Origin: Eledone cirrhosa
Lineage: Eukaryota
Direction: 5' to 3'
DNA length: 64,000 nt
NCBI GenBank assembly: GCA_964016885.1
Contig: OZ024744.1
Span: 60,016,001-60,080,000, forward strand
Of this stretch, positions 42,423-56,336 are shown in pieces. Under the pieces are notes generated by a model. The model was not told where the DNA came from. It was given only the letters and a program-made list of their open reading frames with translations, and did not search any database. Positions within the stretch are counted from its first letter, which is position 1, and every line of letters starts with the position of its first letter. The position numbers were made by a program, and so were the translations under genes.

Positions 42423-43610
42423 TTAAATATGCTGCTGCATGTGTGTAGTCCGGATGTGACTTTTTATACCAGCACGTGTCCTACATTCTCTGGCACAGAT
42501 GTTACACACCTGGCTTTTGGCAATAAGAATCGATGGCCAGTTTCCATGTACTTTCATGTGCCGCTTCAGACCTTCTGCAGATTGATGGAAGATTGTTAAA
42601 CCATATGCATCAACCATTTTTACATGGCTCCTTTTGTGACTCTTTATTCCAGCTTTGCAGGGGGAGGCTCTCCTACACTCATTGCATGTCAGCTCTACTT
42701 TGTCTCCCACGCTTCCTAGCAATTCCACTTTCAATCCCTTCCTCACATCCCTTTTTAACCTTTCATAATTTCTTCGAGCCATTTCAAGGTGTACTTCCCT
42801 TTCATATAATGCTTCCCTCCACAGAGTTTGATCATTGGCAGCTTGTTCCCATCAGAGATACCAGATTTCTATCAGAGATACCAGATTTCATCAGAGATGT
42901 TTGCACGCAGTCCTTGAACCTCATCTTAGGTTAATGAGGTGGACATTTGCCATCCCGTAGCTCACCATAAAAGAGTTGTTTGGGTAACCTACAGTCCTTC
43001 ATTCTCACCACATGTTCCACCAATCGGAGACGGTATTGCAAGATAATCGACATGACACTCTGACTTCTTTCAAAGACCTCAACGTCAGCTGTTTTAGATG
43101 CTTCTGGTAAGTAACCCACGTCTCACAAGTGAGAAGACAATCAACAAGTCACTTAGACCTTATACACTTTTGTCTGGTTCTACGTATTTTTCTTGATGCT
43201 GACTGGTACATAGCTACAGTCTTTTTCAAGCTGATTGTTAAACCAAGCGCAGAACACGCACTGCTGAGAAGTTTAATAGGTGCTCCACATCTTCCTGCGC
43301 GTGAGTAAAAAGATCGCAATCATCTGCGTGAAGAAATTCTCTTAACAGTGTGAGTACATGACCTCCGTATTGGCACCAAAGCATCTTATCTTGCAAATCC
43401 TCTCAGGTGTACGAAACCTGGTGTATAATTCTATGCCGACAATCTTTAAATGCCATTAAAAATACCACTGCAAAGAACAGTGAAAACAGTGTTGGTTCTG
43501 TTATGTCGCCCTGTTTGAAACCATTCCTTACAACAGGTTCTGACACACTTGCACCAATACTTGCCCAGGCTTTTATAACATCATGAAATTGACGCAGGAT
43601 TGCCAAAAAT
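42423..43610 (-). mobile_element. Decayed RTE (BovB-like) LINE with C-terminal C2H2 fingers
   Basis: QFHD, GFKQGD.TEPTLFSLFF, HVVRMKDCRLPKQLFYGEL, CNEC...H..H, CNIC...H...H. Confidence 0.8.
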
Positions 43611-43615
43611 TATAC

Positions 43616-43655
43616 ACTTTCCAGTTAACTAACATCAATGACTGAGACTCAAAGA

Positions 43656-43714
<59 letters not shown>
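43616..43714 (+). mobile_element. Solo ~40-nt 3' end of the Dong-like element plus (TAA)n
   Basis: ttccagttaactaacatcaatgactgagactcaaaga matches the 3' end at 58645-58682. Confidence 0.8.
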
Positions 43715-43909
43715 CGACCAAACCAACCAACCCAACGGAGTAATCTGAAACCCTCTTCGGATATCGAATGAGCCGTTATTTTCACAGCGTCTTTAATGAA
43801 GCATTGCAGGAGAAAATGTTTAACAAACGAGTAGTAATGTAAAAATGTAAACGAGAAGAAGAAGAAGAAGAAGAAGAAGAAGAAGAAGAAGAAGAAGAAG
43901 AAGAAGAAG

Positions 43910-43940
<31 letters not shown>

Positions 43941-44454
43941 GCAGCAGTGTGCCGCGAGGTGGGTTGATGGTGGAATCTATTACTAGCAGTGCAATAAGTA
44001 CCAACTCTAACGCAAATTTCCCTTGGCACCAATGCCAGCACCAGCACCAGCACCAGCACCAATACCAACACCAACACCAGCACCAGCACCAGCACCAGCA
44101 CCAAATAGATGGGCGAATTTGCATAGTTGTTACAGCGTAAGACACAAAAATGCTCTGCAGTACTTGTTCTGGTACTCTGAGATTCGTTTCAAATCCAGCC
44201 GATGTCAGCTTTGTCTTTTAACCTTCCGGATTTGGATCGACAAAATACAGTACCAGTTTAGGCTGGTTGGTGGGTTGATTGGCTGGCTGTTGTAATTGTC
44301 AAAGCATCGGACGAGATACATGCCCTGCAATATTTGTTCCGGCTTTTCTGTTTTCAGTTTAAATCCTGTTACGGTCGACACTCCCACCGCCAGCAAATGT
44401 ATCATACACATGATACACAATAGGAATTTATTGCCTAACAGAAGTGTACAATAA

Positions 44455-44640
44455 TTGTTTCTACTTTAGGCACAAGGCCAGCAATTACCCAGTGCATTAC
44501 TGGTACTTTATTTTGTCGACTCCGTAATGATGAAAGGCAAAGTCAACCTCGGCGGGATTTGAACTCAGATCGTAAAGGGACGTAACTATGCTGGAAAGCA
44601 TGGCGTCCGACTCTCTACCGATACTGCCAATCCACCGCCC
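44455..44640 (-). mobile_element. tRNA-derived SINE
   Basis: Family of 22370. Confidence 0.85.
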
Positions 44641-44689
44641 TCAGAAGTGTCTAAATGAAAGTGTCTAAAGTCTAAAGTCTGTCTTAAGC

Positions 44690-44960
44690 CCAGAGGCTCA
44701 TTAGGCCAGTGCTTATCCCAGTTTCATGGCGTGAAGCGACTGAGAGTACAAAACTACCCCCCGCCCCTGGACAGGACCCCAGTCCATCGCAGGATTAAAC
44801 CTCCAGCTATTGCTGGTACTCATTTACAGCTGAGTATACTGGAGCAACGTGAAATGAAGTGTTTTGCTCAAGAACACAACACGCAACCCAGGAATCGAGC
44901 CCACGACATTATGATCGTAAGTCCAACACTCTTACCGCTAGGCCACGTGCCTCCACAATG
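44690..44960 (-). mobile_element. tRNA-derived CORE-like SINE
   Basis: tggcctagcggtaagagtg A box, ggctcgattcc B box, tgtgttcttgagcaaaacactt CORE-like domain. Confidence 0.75.
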
Positions 44961-44973
44961 ATATATATATATA

Positions 44974-45162
<189 letters not shown>

Positions 45163-45179
45163 TTGTGGAGGCATGTGGC

Positions 45180-45780
45180 CTACTCGTTTTCGAGTACGGC
45201 CACTACTTTATATCCATGTAGGAGAACCCCTACCGATGCGCTGAACGAGTGTGACTTTTTAGTCCAGCCAGCGACTTGAAAACTCTGGTACAAACACTAC
45301 ACTTGTGACAATTACTGACACATAGTGCTGGGCCCATGGCACCACGTGACGACAAGTGCAGAGAGATCTCCATATATAAAGTAATGCCTGTGCCGTGAAG
45401 CTTTTATAGTGAGCAGAGGCACTGCACAAAGCCAGTCCCACTCTCTTAACCAAGATGATATTTACCAAAAAGAAGAACAAGTCAACATCATTGGATACCA
45501 TCAGGGTTGCAGGTGTTATATCAGAGTTTTCCTTCACCTAGAATTCGGCCCCGACAAAGGCTAAGGGGTCATCTCTCCCGGTGATTTTGGATTGCCATTG
45601 ACTCTTAAGAGCTCCTTTGCCCTTTGACAGGTTTTGTTTTTAGTCCTGCAGGATGTCCAAAGTCACCCTCCTCACCAAGAAACCTTGGTGGGGTTGCCAG
45701 TTTAGTCGCCAACAACCCGACCATGAGACAGGTTGTACTGGGATACATGTTACCAGTAGCACCAACTGGTGACCTGACAT
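45180..45780 (-). mobile_element. Most complete copy of the non-coding RTE-related retroposon
   Basis: Joins both block types seen at 41-42 kb; ctaggtgaaggaaaactctgatataacacc motif. Confidence 0.6.
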
Positions 45781-45801
45781 ATATATATATATATATGTCC
45801 T

Positions 45802-45861
<60 letters not shown>

Positions 45862-45862
45862 C

Positions 45863-45940
<78 letters not shown>

Positions 45941-45969
45941 CCTGACATATATATATGTATATACACACA

Positions 45970-46280
45970 CAGAAACAAGATGGCGTAGGACAGAACAAAG
46001 GAGAGGCACAAAAACAAAGAAAAGAATCCCCAGTCACTGAAGAGGTCACAGAATGTGTGACGAAAGAACTTTGACAATATATAAACAACCATCTGGTTGT
46101 GGAACCAACCAACCAACCGGAAATTTATAAATTCCTAAATTTATAAATTTATTATAATAAATTGAAGTGAAAGCAACTGGTGCGTGTGTTTCTTATTGGC
46201 AACATGACCCTCCCAAAGTATAACAATATCGGTTTCAACACACGTTTTCAGATAAAGAATCTTGCTAAACAAATTCAGAA
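45970..46280 (-). mobile_element. Dispersed pLTR-like repeat (also 22820-22990, 24570-24775, 56765-56975)
   Basis: Shared gaaac.gatattgttatactt.ggagggtcatgttgccaata; hammerhead-like CTGAAAA..GAAA remnant. Confidence 0.55.
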
Positions 46281-46281
46281 A

Positions 46282-46315
<34 letters not shown>

Positions 46316-46399
46316 TATATATATATATATATAAATATATACACTTTCATTATTATATATATTATATATATATGTATATACATGTATACATATGTGTAT

Positions 46400-46755
46400 A
46401 TATCCGCGGGGACATAGAAATAGTCGGGCTGGACACACGATCGCACGGTTAAACCACTGGGAGTGAAGGACCCCTAGCCTTTCTCAGGGCATTCTTCTAG
46501 GAGAAGGCAACTCAGGAAACTGGGATAACTCCGACATAAAACCTGCGGCTCAGTAGTTACCGATGATGTTGATCTTTTCTTCTTTTCGGGTTATAGCTAC
46601 TGTCGCTCAGAGAGTGGGATTGGCTCAGTGCACAGCCTTCCCTCACTTAAAAAACAAAATCACGCACAGGCATTGCACAATAGAATTAATTAATAATTAT
46701 TAATAATGTTATGTCGTGCAATGGCCATACTCGATAACGAGTGGGCAGCCATCAT
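46400..46755 (+). mobile_element. Non-coding retroposon, inverted close copy of 41760-42110
   Basis: Direct reverse-complement similarity. Confidence 0.7.
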
Positions 46756-47159
46756 ATATATTCATATAGAAATAAGAAAATCCATCGCTAGAACAGTCAT
46801 TAAAAGAGCCAAATGCTGTCAATAACAGAGGTGGACAAAAATGCTTCAGATGACAGAGATCAGTGACCAGTGGTCGACAGAGAGAAAATCCTCGAGGTGT
46901 GTTGCAGATGAAATATAGAAAAGATTGAAAGAGGGCGAGGACAAGTGGAAGTGTGTTGGTGCACAGAAATGACTGGAAGAAGGAAATAAAGAAAGTCAAT
47001 GTAGAAGACAAGTTTACACACATCTCCATCCTCATCTGCTCTCAAACCAGCAAAATGGTTTCGCACGGTTTAAATAAATTATATATATATGAAAGGATTA
47101 AAACAATAAACTGGAAGGGAGGAAGGCGACAAAAAAAAGGGAAAACAAAAAATAGATAA

Positions 47160-48060
47160 TTAATAAAGATGAGGGAAAACATGTGAAGTCTCGACGGAGG
47201 CCTCAACGATGACTGATACAAAAAGGAAGCGTCCAGTCAAATCCTGGTATTTGGACAGCCTCAGCTCGTCCGCGTTACTTGTGACATTTCCCGGGTTTGT
47301 GACTGAAGCGACAAATGGGAGGCGGAGAATGTGTCGCAGCATGTGACGTTCCAGATTAGAGATTTACTACTTTCAAAGAGCAAACGAGTTATCCAGTCTG
47401 GTTGCTTATCGTAACCGCGGCCGAAGTCGGCAGGTTCCAGTTGTGATGGGAAGTCGGTTGTGACAAGGCCTTTTTCTGATAACGTCCTTTATAGCGGCGT
47501 GCCGAGCGATCCGGCCTGCACTGTGGTGAGCGGATGTAGGCCGAACTTGATATTTGTGTGGTTTATGCGTGTGAAGCTATGGCACAGGGTCACTCCAATA
47601 CAGGTGCACTGATCATGAAGAAATGTACCAGTTGATGAAGAATTGAAATGAACCATGCGCTGTTGTTTGATTGCGAGGCAACCGGAAGCGAGCGAGATGG
47701 TGTTAATCCAACGAAGATTCGATCCGTGTGCAGGTTGAACTGAATTTAATGTCATCCCATTTAATTTAGTCACCTGCATACTGGAGAATAGATGACTGGC
47801 TTTCCTGGACCACATTGGGTTCGGACGTTTTGCATAGAACCTTGATGAAGAAGTTGTTGCTGGAGACGATGGGCGAAAAGTATGCCGGCAATGTCAGGCC
47901 ACCAAACCTTACGGAAAGTTTCGCTTGTTGCCAGCCGGTGTCGTCGAAACTTTTATTGCAAATAAGTTCGGAGCAGTGACGGATGGTGGCGTCAAGTTCG
48001 TTGAAGCCGGAAGACCAGTTAACAAGGCCACCAAACTAGCAACCAACACATTGCCAATGT
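47160..48060 (-). mobile_element. Heavily decayed CRE-like retrotransposon
   Basis: NELDATIRHCSELICN (compare ADLDTCIRAAAEEICN in the 8996 element); RLSKYQDLTGRFLFVSVIVEAS. Confidence 0.6.
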
Positions 48061-49050
48061 CGAATTTGCTGAGCCGCCTTCACACTCATACACATTAAAA
48101 CTCATTCAGCAATATATAAAGAAACTCGACCGTTTCCCAGTGACGGATTAAATAAAAACCTGATCCGACTAGGCTGTAGCCAACGCCCCACAATATTTAA
48201 AGAAGCCACTTTAAATATTTTTTTTAGCTACATATATAAATAATACACAAGAAAACCAATGAAATTCTCAGCGAGGGGCCCCCATACAATTTTAACCCGC
48301 ACATGCCATTTCACATCGTTGAATAACATTATTTCAAATCCCGCCGAGGTTGACTTTGCCTTTCATCCTTACGGGGTCGATAAAATAAAGTACGAGTAAT
48401 GTACTGGGTAATTGCTGGCCTTGTGCCTAAAGTAGAAACAATTATTTGTATCAATGATAATTTCACTTGGAATCGATCAACGAAACAGCCCATTATTGAA
48501 ATTAACGAACATATATATACATATGTGTATGTGTATGTGTGTGTGTCTTCATTTGTGTGCTTGTGTGTGAGTGTTCATTTATTGAGTGTGCTGTTGTGTT
48601 TCGTTCCATCCAAGTTACATTCCTTTATGTCAAGGTTAATCTGCCCTTTCTTTCCTTAATGTATGTTGTCGAGACAAAATTCCTGGTGTTATTTAAGTAT
48701 TTCCTCCTTACGGGGTTGATAAAATAAAGTACCAGTAATGCACTGGGTAATTGCTGGCCTTGTGCCTAAAGTAGAAACAAGTATTTAAGTAGTCAGGTAG
48801 GATGTGCTGGATGTTTTAGTAAATAAACTGGAACATAGCGTTTCATATATAGAGGGAGATATAGATATGTGTGTGTATGTGTGTAAATGTGAGTGTGTAT
48901 ATATGTATGTATATATGTATGAATGTATATACATGGATATAAAGTGGTGGCCGTACTCGAAAACGAGTTGGCAGCCACCATGAATGTATATATGCATGTA
49001 TGTACGTATATATATATATATATAGGTATGTACGTATGTATTATGTATGA

Positions 49051-49089
<39 letters not shown>

Positions 49090-49356
49090 TGTATATATGT
49101 ATGTATATTTGTATGTACATATGTATGTACATGTGTATGTACCTATGTATGTGTGCGTGTATGTATGTGGGGTGGTCTGTATGTTTGTTTGTCCGTACGT
49201 ATGTATTTAAGTATGTGTGATATGATATATATATCTTGTTTAAATGACAGCATAATGTTTATATAAATAGTGCAGAAAATGTGAAACAGATATAAACTAT
49301 ATTTTATGTGTTAAAAACAAACCTGAACTTCCCCCATCTACATCTACATTTCCCCC

Positions 49357-49441
49357 ATACATACATACATACATACATACATACATACATACATACATAC
49401 ATACATACATACATACATACATACATACATACATACATACA

Positions 49442-49475
<34 letters not shown>

Positions 49476-49911
49476 CACACATACATACATACATACATAC
49501 ATACATACATACATACATACATACAAACACACAAACACACATACATACATACATACATACATACACACATACATATATACATATATACACACATACATAC
49601 ATACATACATACATACATACATACATACATACATACATACATACATACACATACATACATATATACATACATACACACATACATATATACATACATACAA
49701 ACATACATACATACATACATACATACATACATACATACATACATACATACAAACACACAAACACACATACATACATACATACATACATACACACATACAT
49801 ATATACATATATACACACATACATACATACATACATACATACATACATACATACATACATACATACATACATACACACATACATACATATATACATACAT
49901 ACACACATACA

Positions 49912-49945
<34 letters not shown>

Positions 49946-50270
49946 CATACATACACACATACATACATACATACATACAAACACACATACATACACATAC
50001 ATACATACATATATACATACATACACACATACATATATACATACATACAAACATACATACACACATACATACATACACATACATACACACATACATGCAT
50101 ACATACATAGATACATACATACATACATACATATATACATACATACACACATACATATATACATACATACACACATACATACATACATACATACATACAC
50201 ACATACATACACACATACATACATACATACACATACATACACACATACATACATACAAACAAACATAGAT
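49357..50270. repeat. Long degenerate (ACAT)n microsatellite
   Basis: Direct. Confidence 0.95.
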
Positions 50271-50318
50271 ATATGCACATCACACAAGCATACTCTTTCT
50301 CTTACACGTACATAGACA

Positions 50319-50381
<63 letters not shown>

Positions 50382-50527
50382 CAGTGCTCCTCTAGAACGA
50401 GTTGGTGTTTTGTGATAACTCCCCCGACGATCGAGTTACTCTCTTCACACGCCGCCATACACAACTTTTACCTTGAATTTGTGGGGGTTTTTAACACAAG
50501 GTTTGCGAGTTGTAAGTAATATAATGA

Positions 50528-51437
50528 AGGTGGTGGTTATGATGATGGTGGCGGCGGCGGCGGTGGTGGTGTCGGCATTGGCGGTGGCAGATGAAGAATA
50601 AGTATAAGAAGAAGAAGGTGGAGGAGGGGGGCAAGAGAAGAAGAAGAAGAAGAAGAAGAAGAAGAAGGAGGAGGAGGAGGAAGAGGGCGGGGGAGGGGGA
50701 GGAGGGGGAGAAGAAGAAGAAGAAGAGGAGGGGGGGGGGGGGGGGGGCAGAAGAAGAAGAAGAAGAAGACGTACGAGGAGTAGGAAATGCTTCTTGTTCT
50801 AATTACGACGACGACGGCTGTGGAACGTGATGGCGATGGTGGTTGTGATGATGGTGGTGGTGGTGGTGGTGGTGATGATTGTGATGACGGTGGTGGTGGT
50901 GGTTGTGGTTGTGGTGGTGGCGATGGTGGTGGTGATGATTGTGATGACGGTGGTGGTGGTGGTGATGGTAATGGTGGTGTGGTGATGGTGGTGTGGTGAT
51001 GATGGTGGTGGTGATGGTGGAGGTGGTGGTGGTGGTGGTGGTGGTTGTGGTGATGATTGTCATGACTGTGGTGGTGGTGATGGTGATGGTAGTGGTGGTG
51101 GTGGTGGTGGTTGTGGTGGTGGTTGTGGTGGTGGTGGTGGTGGTGGTTGTGGTGATGATTGTCATGACTGTGGTGGTGGTGATGGTGATGATGGTGGTGG
51201 TGGTGATGGTGGTGATGGTGGTGGTGTGTGGTGGTGGTTGTGGTGATGATTGTGATGACGGTGGTGGTGGTGGTGGTGGTGGTGGTGATGATTGTCATGA
51301 CTGTGGTGGTGGTGATGGTGATGGTGGTGGTGGTGATGGTGATGATGGTGGTGTGTGGTGGTGGTTGTGGTGATGGTGGTGGTGGTGGTGGTGGTGATGG
51401 TGGTGGTGGTGGTGGTGGTGGTGATGGTGGTGGTGAT
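50528..51437. repeat. GGT/GAT/GAA/GAG trinucleotide low-complexity block with internal higher-order duplications
   Basis: Direct; recurring gatgattgtcatgactgtggtggt and gatgattgtgatgacggtgg units. Confidence 0.9.
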
Positions 51438-51745
51438 AATACCAATGATAACGATGTGCTTGTTTTATTTACAATTTTTTTAATTTCTTTTCTCTTAAAT
51501 TGGCAAATTGTTTCTTGTGTGTATGCGTGTGAGTGTACATATACATACATACATAACACACGCATACACAAAATAAACAGTAGCCGGGTGTTTTCATTCC
51601 GAATAACAGTTTCTTTAGAGACTATTACTGACCTGGGAGGAGAAGTACCATCTTTTAAGGCTTCCCAAATTACAAAGTCACCATATATACAACTGACGAA
51701 TGTCAGTCTTTTCTAAATTTTCTGTTTCACACGTTTGAACGATTG

Positions 51746-51851
<106 letters not shown>

Positions 51852-51925
51852 CCCACTCTACTACCCTAAGTATTGAGTACTTTGGTGCGTTATGGTCCAT
51901 CTGGTTCCGTACCACATTTCCTTCG

Positions 51926-51964
<39 letters not shown>

Positions 51965-51969
<5 letters not shown>

Positions 51970-52757
51970 GTAAGTATGTATGTATACGTACATACATATA
52001 TGTATACAGACGTACAGTAGTATGTATATATATATACATACATGCACACACATATATATATGCACGTATCGGTTTACCGAACATTTATTATAATGCTCGG
52101 TTTGTTTGTAAACAAACAAACAGCCCGAATTACGCCGTACAGTGTCTAGGCAACCACGTCACCTTTTTGCTCAACACTGACACAGGAACGATGTACTAGT
52201 TTCAAGCTTATTAGCTATCGTCAGCTTCGTATATCTTCCTGCCAGATGGTTGAACGTCTGAAAGTATATACTTTCCTTATGCATATTAACGGTTGAGCAG
52301 CCTAATTTGCATATCGAGTGAGTTTAGTCGGCCGGGCGCACCGAAAACGATAAATGGAATAGAATGAAACGAAATTTCATTTCTCACTCTTAGTACGGCA
52401 GTTACTTAAATGTAAGTATGTATGTATACGTACATACATATATGTATACAGACGTATACTAATAAGCTTGAAACTAGTACATCGTTCCTGTGTCAGTGTT
52501 GAACAAAAAGGTGACGTGGTTGCCTAAACACTGTACGGCGTAATTCGGGCTGTTTGTTTGTTTACAAACAAACCGAGCATTATAATAAATGTTCGGTAAA
52601 CCGATACGTGCATATATATATATGTGTGTGCATGTATGTATATATATATACATACTACTGTACGTCTGTATACATATATGTATGTACGTATACATACTTA
52701 CATTTAAGTAACTGCCGTACTAAGAGTGAGAAATGAAATTTCGTTTCATTCTATTCC

Positions 52758-52760
<3 letters not shown>
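51965..52760. mobile_element. Retrozyme-like 442-bp unit, tandem overlap plus inverted copy; hammerhead at 52189-52229 (-)
   Basis: taaatgtaagtatg... starts at 51965 and again at 52407; minus strand cgaag-CTGACGA-tagct-aata-agctt-GAAA-ctag-TA-catcg; inverted copy 52459-52760. Confidence 0.75.
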
Positions 52761-52848
<88 letters not shown>

Positions 52849-52851
<3 letters not shown>

Positions 52852-53562
52852 TGAATCTTCGCTTATCCGGACGGTCAAAACCAAACAGTTAGTAAAAGAT
52901 CCGGTTAAGTGAAATATCCGGATAAGTGAATTCTAAAATGCCATTGTTACATAATGCTCGTGGTTTCTAATGTTTTGGCTTCTTTTAGTCAAAATAAAAG
53001 ACAAATGCTAAGTAAAAAAAGCTTATTAGAATAACAAAAGAACAGCTAGAATTTATAAGAAAATTAATTAAACAAACATAAGAATAACTAAAAACTTGGT
53101 AAAACTGAATTGAGTCAAACCATAAAAAGTTAGTATTTTTTTAAAAATGAATAAATAGAAGATTGTTTTCGCGCCGAAGCTCGTCGTTCCGCTACCATTT
53201 CCCGCTACCATTTCCACGCAACAGCTGAACGGTCAACCACCTCCCTCATGTTAATCGCACGTAAAAATGGAATCATTCCCGTGTCCCCTTTTCCGATCAA
53301 ATGTTTATCGCACGTAAAAATGGAATCATTCCCGTATCCCCTTTTCCGATCAAATCCCGCAGCAATTGTTTTCTGTAAATCCGCTTTAGTGTCTCCCAAA
53401 CTCCATGGCTGAATAAGTGACGTAACGTTCGCCGGAAGAAATGCTGCCCGAATCTGTCCGTCTGCCTAAATCAAGTCTTCCTCATCCGGAGGTAGTATAG
53501 AAATAGCCGTCCGGTAAATCGAATTTCGGAAAAGCGATATCCGGATAAGCGAAGATGCACTG
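52849..53562. mobile_element. pogo/Tigger-like MITE
   Basis: 23-bp TIR cagtg(a/c)atcttcgcttatccgga, TA flanks, subterminal repeats. Confidence 0.85.
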
Positions 53563-53584
53563 TATATATATATATATATATATA

Positions 53585-55133
53585 GATAAATTTCTTTATT
53601 AGTCACAAGGGCACAACAGAAGGGAACAAATACAAATGGGGAGTTTACATACAGGTTTATGAAAATAAAACTATTAATAAAATAACAAATAACAATTGAA
53701 ATCCCCAATAGGGGGGAGGCGTTACACAGGGGTTGTACACACCCCGAAAAAATGTACAACCCTCATCTCCAGGAGCACCAAGAAAACTCCCCTCCCATCT
53801 TTCTCTTTTTCCTCAACCTACAGGCTTATATAGAGAGAAGGCTCAACCACTCGGACCATCTTCGCCTCATTCACCCACCTTTTATAAAATTTGCTGGGAT
53901 ACAGCACCTCTCTCTCCATCCTGATTCTTCTTCCAAAATGATATTTGAAAAAACGAATCAGTTGTTCACCGGAGAGAAAGGTGTCTGACCTCAGCCCTTT
54001 TAACCTCGTCCACCATACAACCTCTTTCACCATAGCCATAACACATAGGAAAACCGCCTCACCTTCGTTTTTGAAGGAGGAGGGTGGCGGTTTGATCATG
54101 ACAATGGACTCGGTGGTCAACTGGATTGGTCCCACCCGCGACAATAGTCGTTCTACATAGCCCCACAGGTCGGTAACGTCCGGGCACTGTACAAATGCGT
54201 GCGCGACGGTTTCCTCGTCGCGCACGCATTTCGGACAGATCTTTTTCGAAGGGTCCCTGCCCGGGGGCCCGTGTCTGTAGAGCTTGTCTCGAACTGGTAG
54301 GGCTCCTCGGTAGCACTGCCAGGCCAGGGACTTTTGGAAGTTGCCCATCGGTCCCGGGCGGAAGGTTCTACCGAACAGACTGGCCAGTTCGTCTTCCTCT
54401 ACGCCTAGAGTTTCTCCGAGCGCGTCGTCGCATTTGCTGCGGACCAACCCTCTATAGAATGACGAAGTGGAGTCACCACTGATCTCCGGGTCCGCCTGCC
54501 AGAGGGCTGTGAGCGCTTGAGCACATTCGATGTGCCAGTTGCCCATTTTCCTCGATCTTTGCTTGACCCAGGACTGCAGCTCGGTCAGCGAGACGAGTCG
54601 TGGGAATGCTCGCCTCACGAACGGGACCCACACCGGTTTGCCGGTGAGGAATACGTGGAGGTGCCGCAGCCTGAGCACGTGTTTGCGTATCGTCAGCCAC
54701 GGCATCCCCAGCTCTCCGTTTGAAGGGTGTTGGCAGCAGATGGATCTTCTCACCAAAGGAGCCCACTTCTTCCAAAGGAATTGGAAGAGCACGCGCTCCA
54801 TTTTGGTGAGCGTTTTGGCTGGACAAGGCACGACGGTCAAGCGGTAGTAGATTACGGACGCTATAAAAGTGTTCGCCACCTCCGCTCGGCCTTTCAAGGA
54901 TAGTTTGCACTCGGCCCACTTCTGGGTGAGCGCAAACACCTTGACCGTTCCCTCGTTCCAGTTCTTCTCCACCTGGAGGTCCGGACCAAACCAGACCCCG
55001 AGCAGCTTTACCGGTCCTTCCGTCCAGCGCCCGACGACGCCATCGGAAGGCATCGGGTTTGCCTCTCCACGTTCCGAGTTGCAAACCGACGGATTTGTCC
55101 CGGTTCAGCTTCGCTCCTGTGAACCTTTCGTAT
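53585..55133 (-). mobile_element. Tx1/L1-clade LINE ORF2 C-terminal part + 3' UTR
   Basis: YERFTGAKLNRDKS, VKLLGVWFG, LSLKGRAEVAN, GELGMP, ALPVRDKL, CPKC...ETVAHAFVQC; 3' aataaagaaa. Confidence 0.88.
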
Positions 55134-56258
55134 TCCATAAAGTATCCACCAAATATCTACTTTGGGTCTTATGCATGTAATTTTTATTTTTTGCGACCTT
55201 TTCCCCATGTATATAGGGGAAAAGGTAAAATGGGTGGACACAATGGGCGCGATTTTTGTGCTGTTATGTTCTTTCATCAACACCGAAATGCTGCCGAAAA
55301 GTTTGGCTTTCTGAATGAATAAAATGTTATTCATGTGGTTCCTTAAAACTAGCTCAATCTCACTCTGAGATAGTTGAGCTGGTTTTTTTATGCATTTGAG
55401 AATGACCTGAAAACCACAGTGTTCAGGGCATTCTCTCTCCTTAGTTCTTGTGGTGAATTTATGCTAAATGACCCATTGGGTCCAAAAGTAACATATTGTT
55501 TACCTTCTTCCAACTTTTGTTTCGCGTTGGTTAAATCCAAAAGTTGAAATATTTCCGGTTTTTTTACAGTATCAACAAAAGAAATTTTGCTGTTGTTGTC
55601 TTTCTTGTTGTTGTCACTGTTGTTTGTATTTTCTTTGGTGTTTGTGTTGGTGTTTGTGTTGACATTGTTTTCCTTTTGATTGGTGTTGTTGGATGTGTTT
55701 TCAATTTTTTCATTTTCTGTATTTTTTGGTGTCTGTTGTGGGCTGTAATTTTCATTATTGTTGTGTGAATTTTCATTTCTTTACGAAACGAGGTATTTGC
55801 TGCATATCTTTCCTTCTGTGTGTGGATGCATGTGACATTTGTGACGTCAGGCGTGTTCAGTTGTTTACAAGCAGCTGAAGCTTGTTCCTCTTCTAAATGT
55901 TGAGGCGATGATGGCATTTATTTGTCCATGTCTGCTACTACCTGCTGGTCAAGTAGGCATGGCTTTCCCTTCCCATCTTCTTGTTTTGACAAAGAAGTAG
56001 GTGCCTTTGCTTCGGCCATTTATTAAAAAATGAAGTGTTTGCAAAAATATTTTTGAAAATAAGTTGGATGTTTTTGCCTTGAGGGGCACGATATTTTGGG
56101 GTACTGACCAGATCAAAATTTGACCTGTCAGTCCCTCTACAATTTGGTATAAAAATAAAAGTTCACAATGACGAATTTCTAGAAAAATTTAAACAAAACT
56201 TACCGAGCAAGTTTAACATGTGTCTATCCCATATATATATAGATATATAGATAGATAT

Positions 56259-56335
<77 letters not shown>

Positions 56336-56336
<1 letters not shown>

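Noticed and set aside
42423-42782. C2H2 zinc-finger host gene
   Set aside because: Collinear with the RTE ORF C-terminus; part of the LINE
43820-44295. WC/VL/PA/HQ repeat ORFs
   Set aside because: (CCAGCA)n, (GAA)n and (TAA)n simple repeats
50537-51716. His/Pro/Thr-rich 344-aa ORF and Gly/Val-rich antisense ORFs
   Set aside because: Trinucleotide low-complexity DNA open in multiple frames on both strands; no splice or domain evidence
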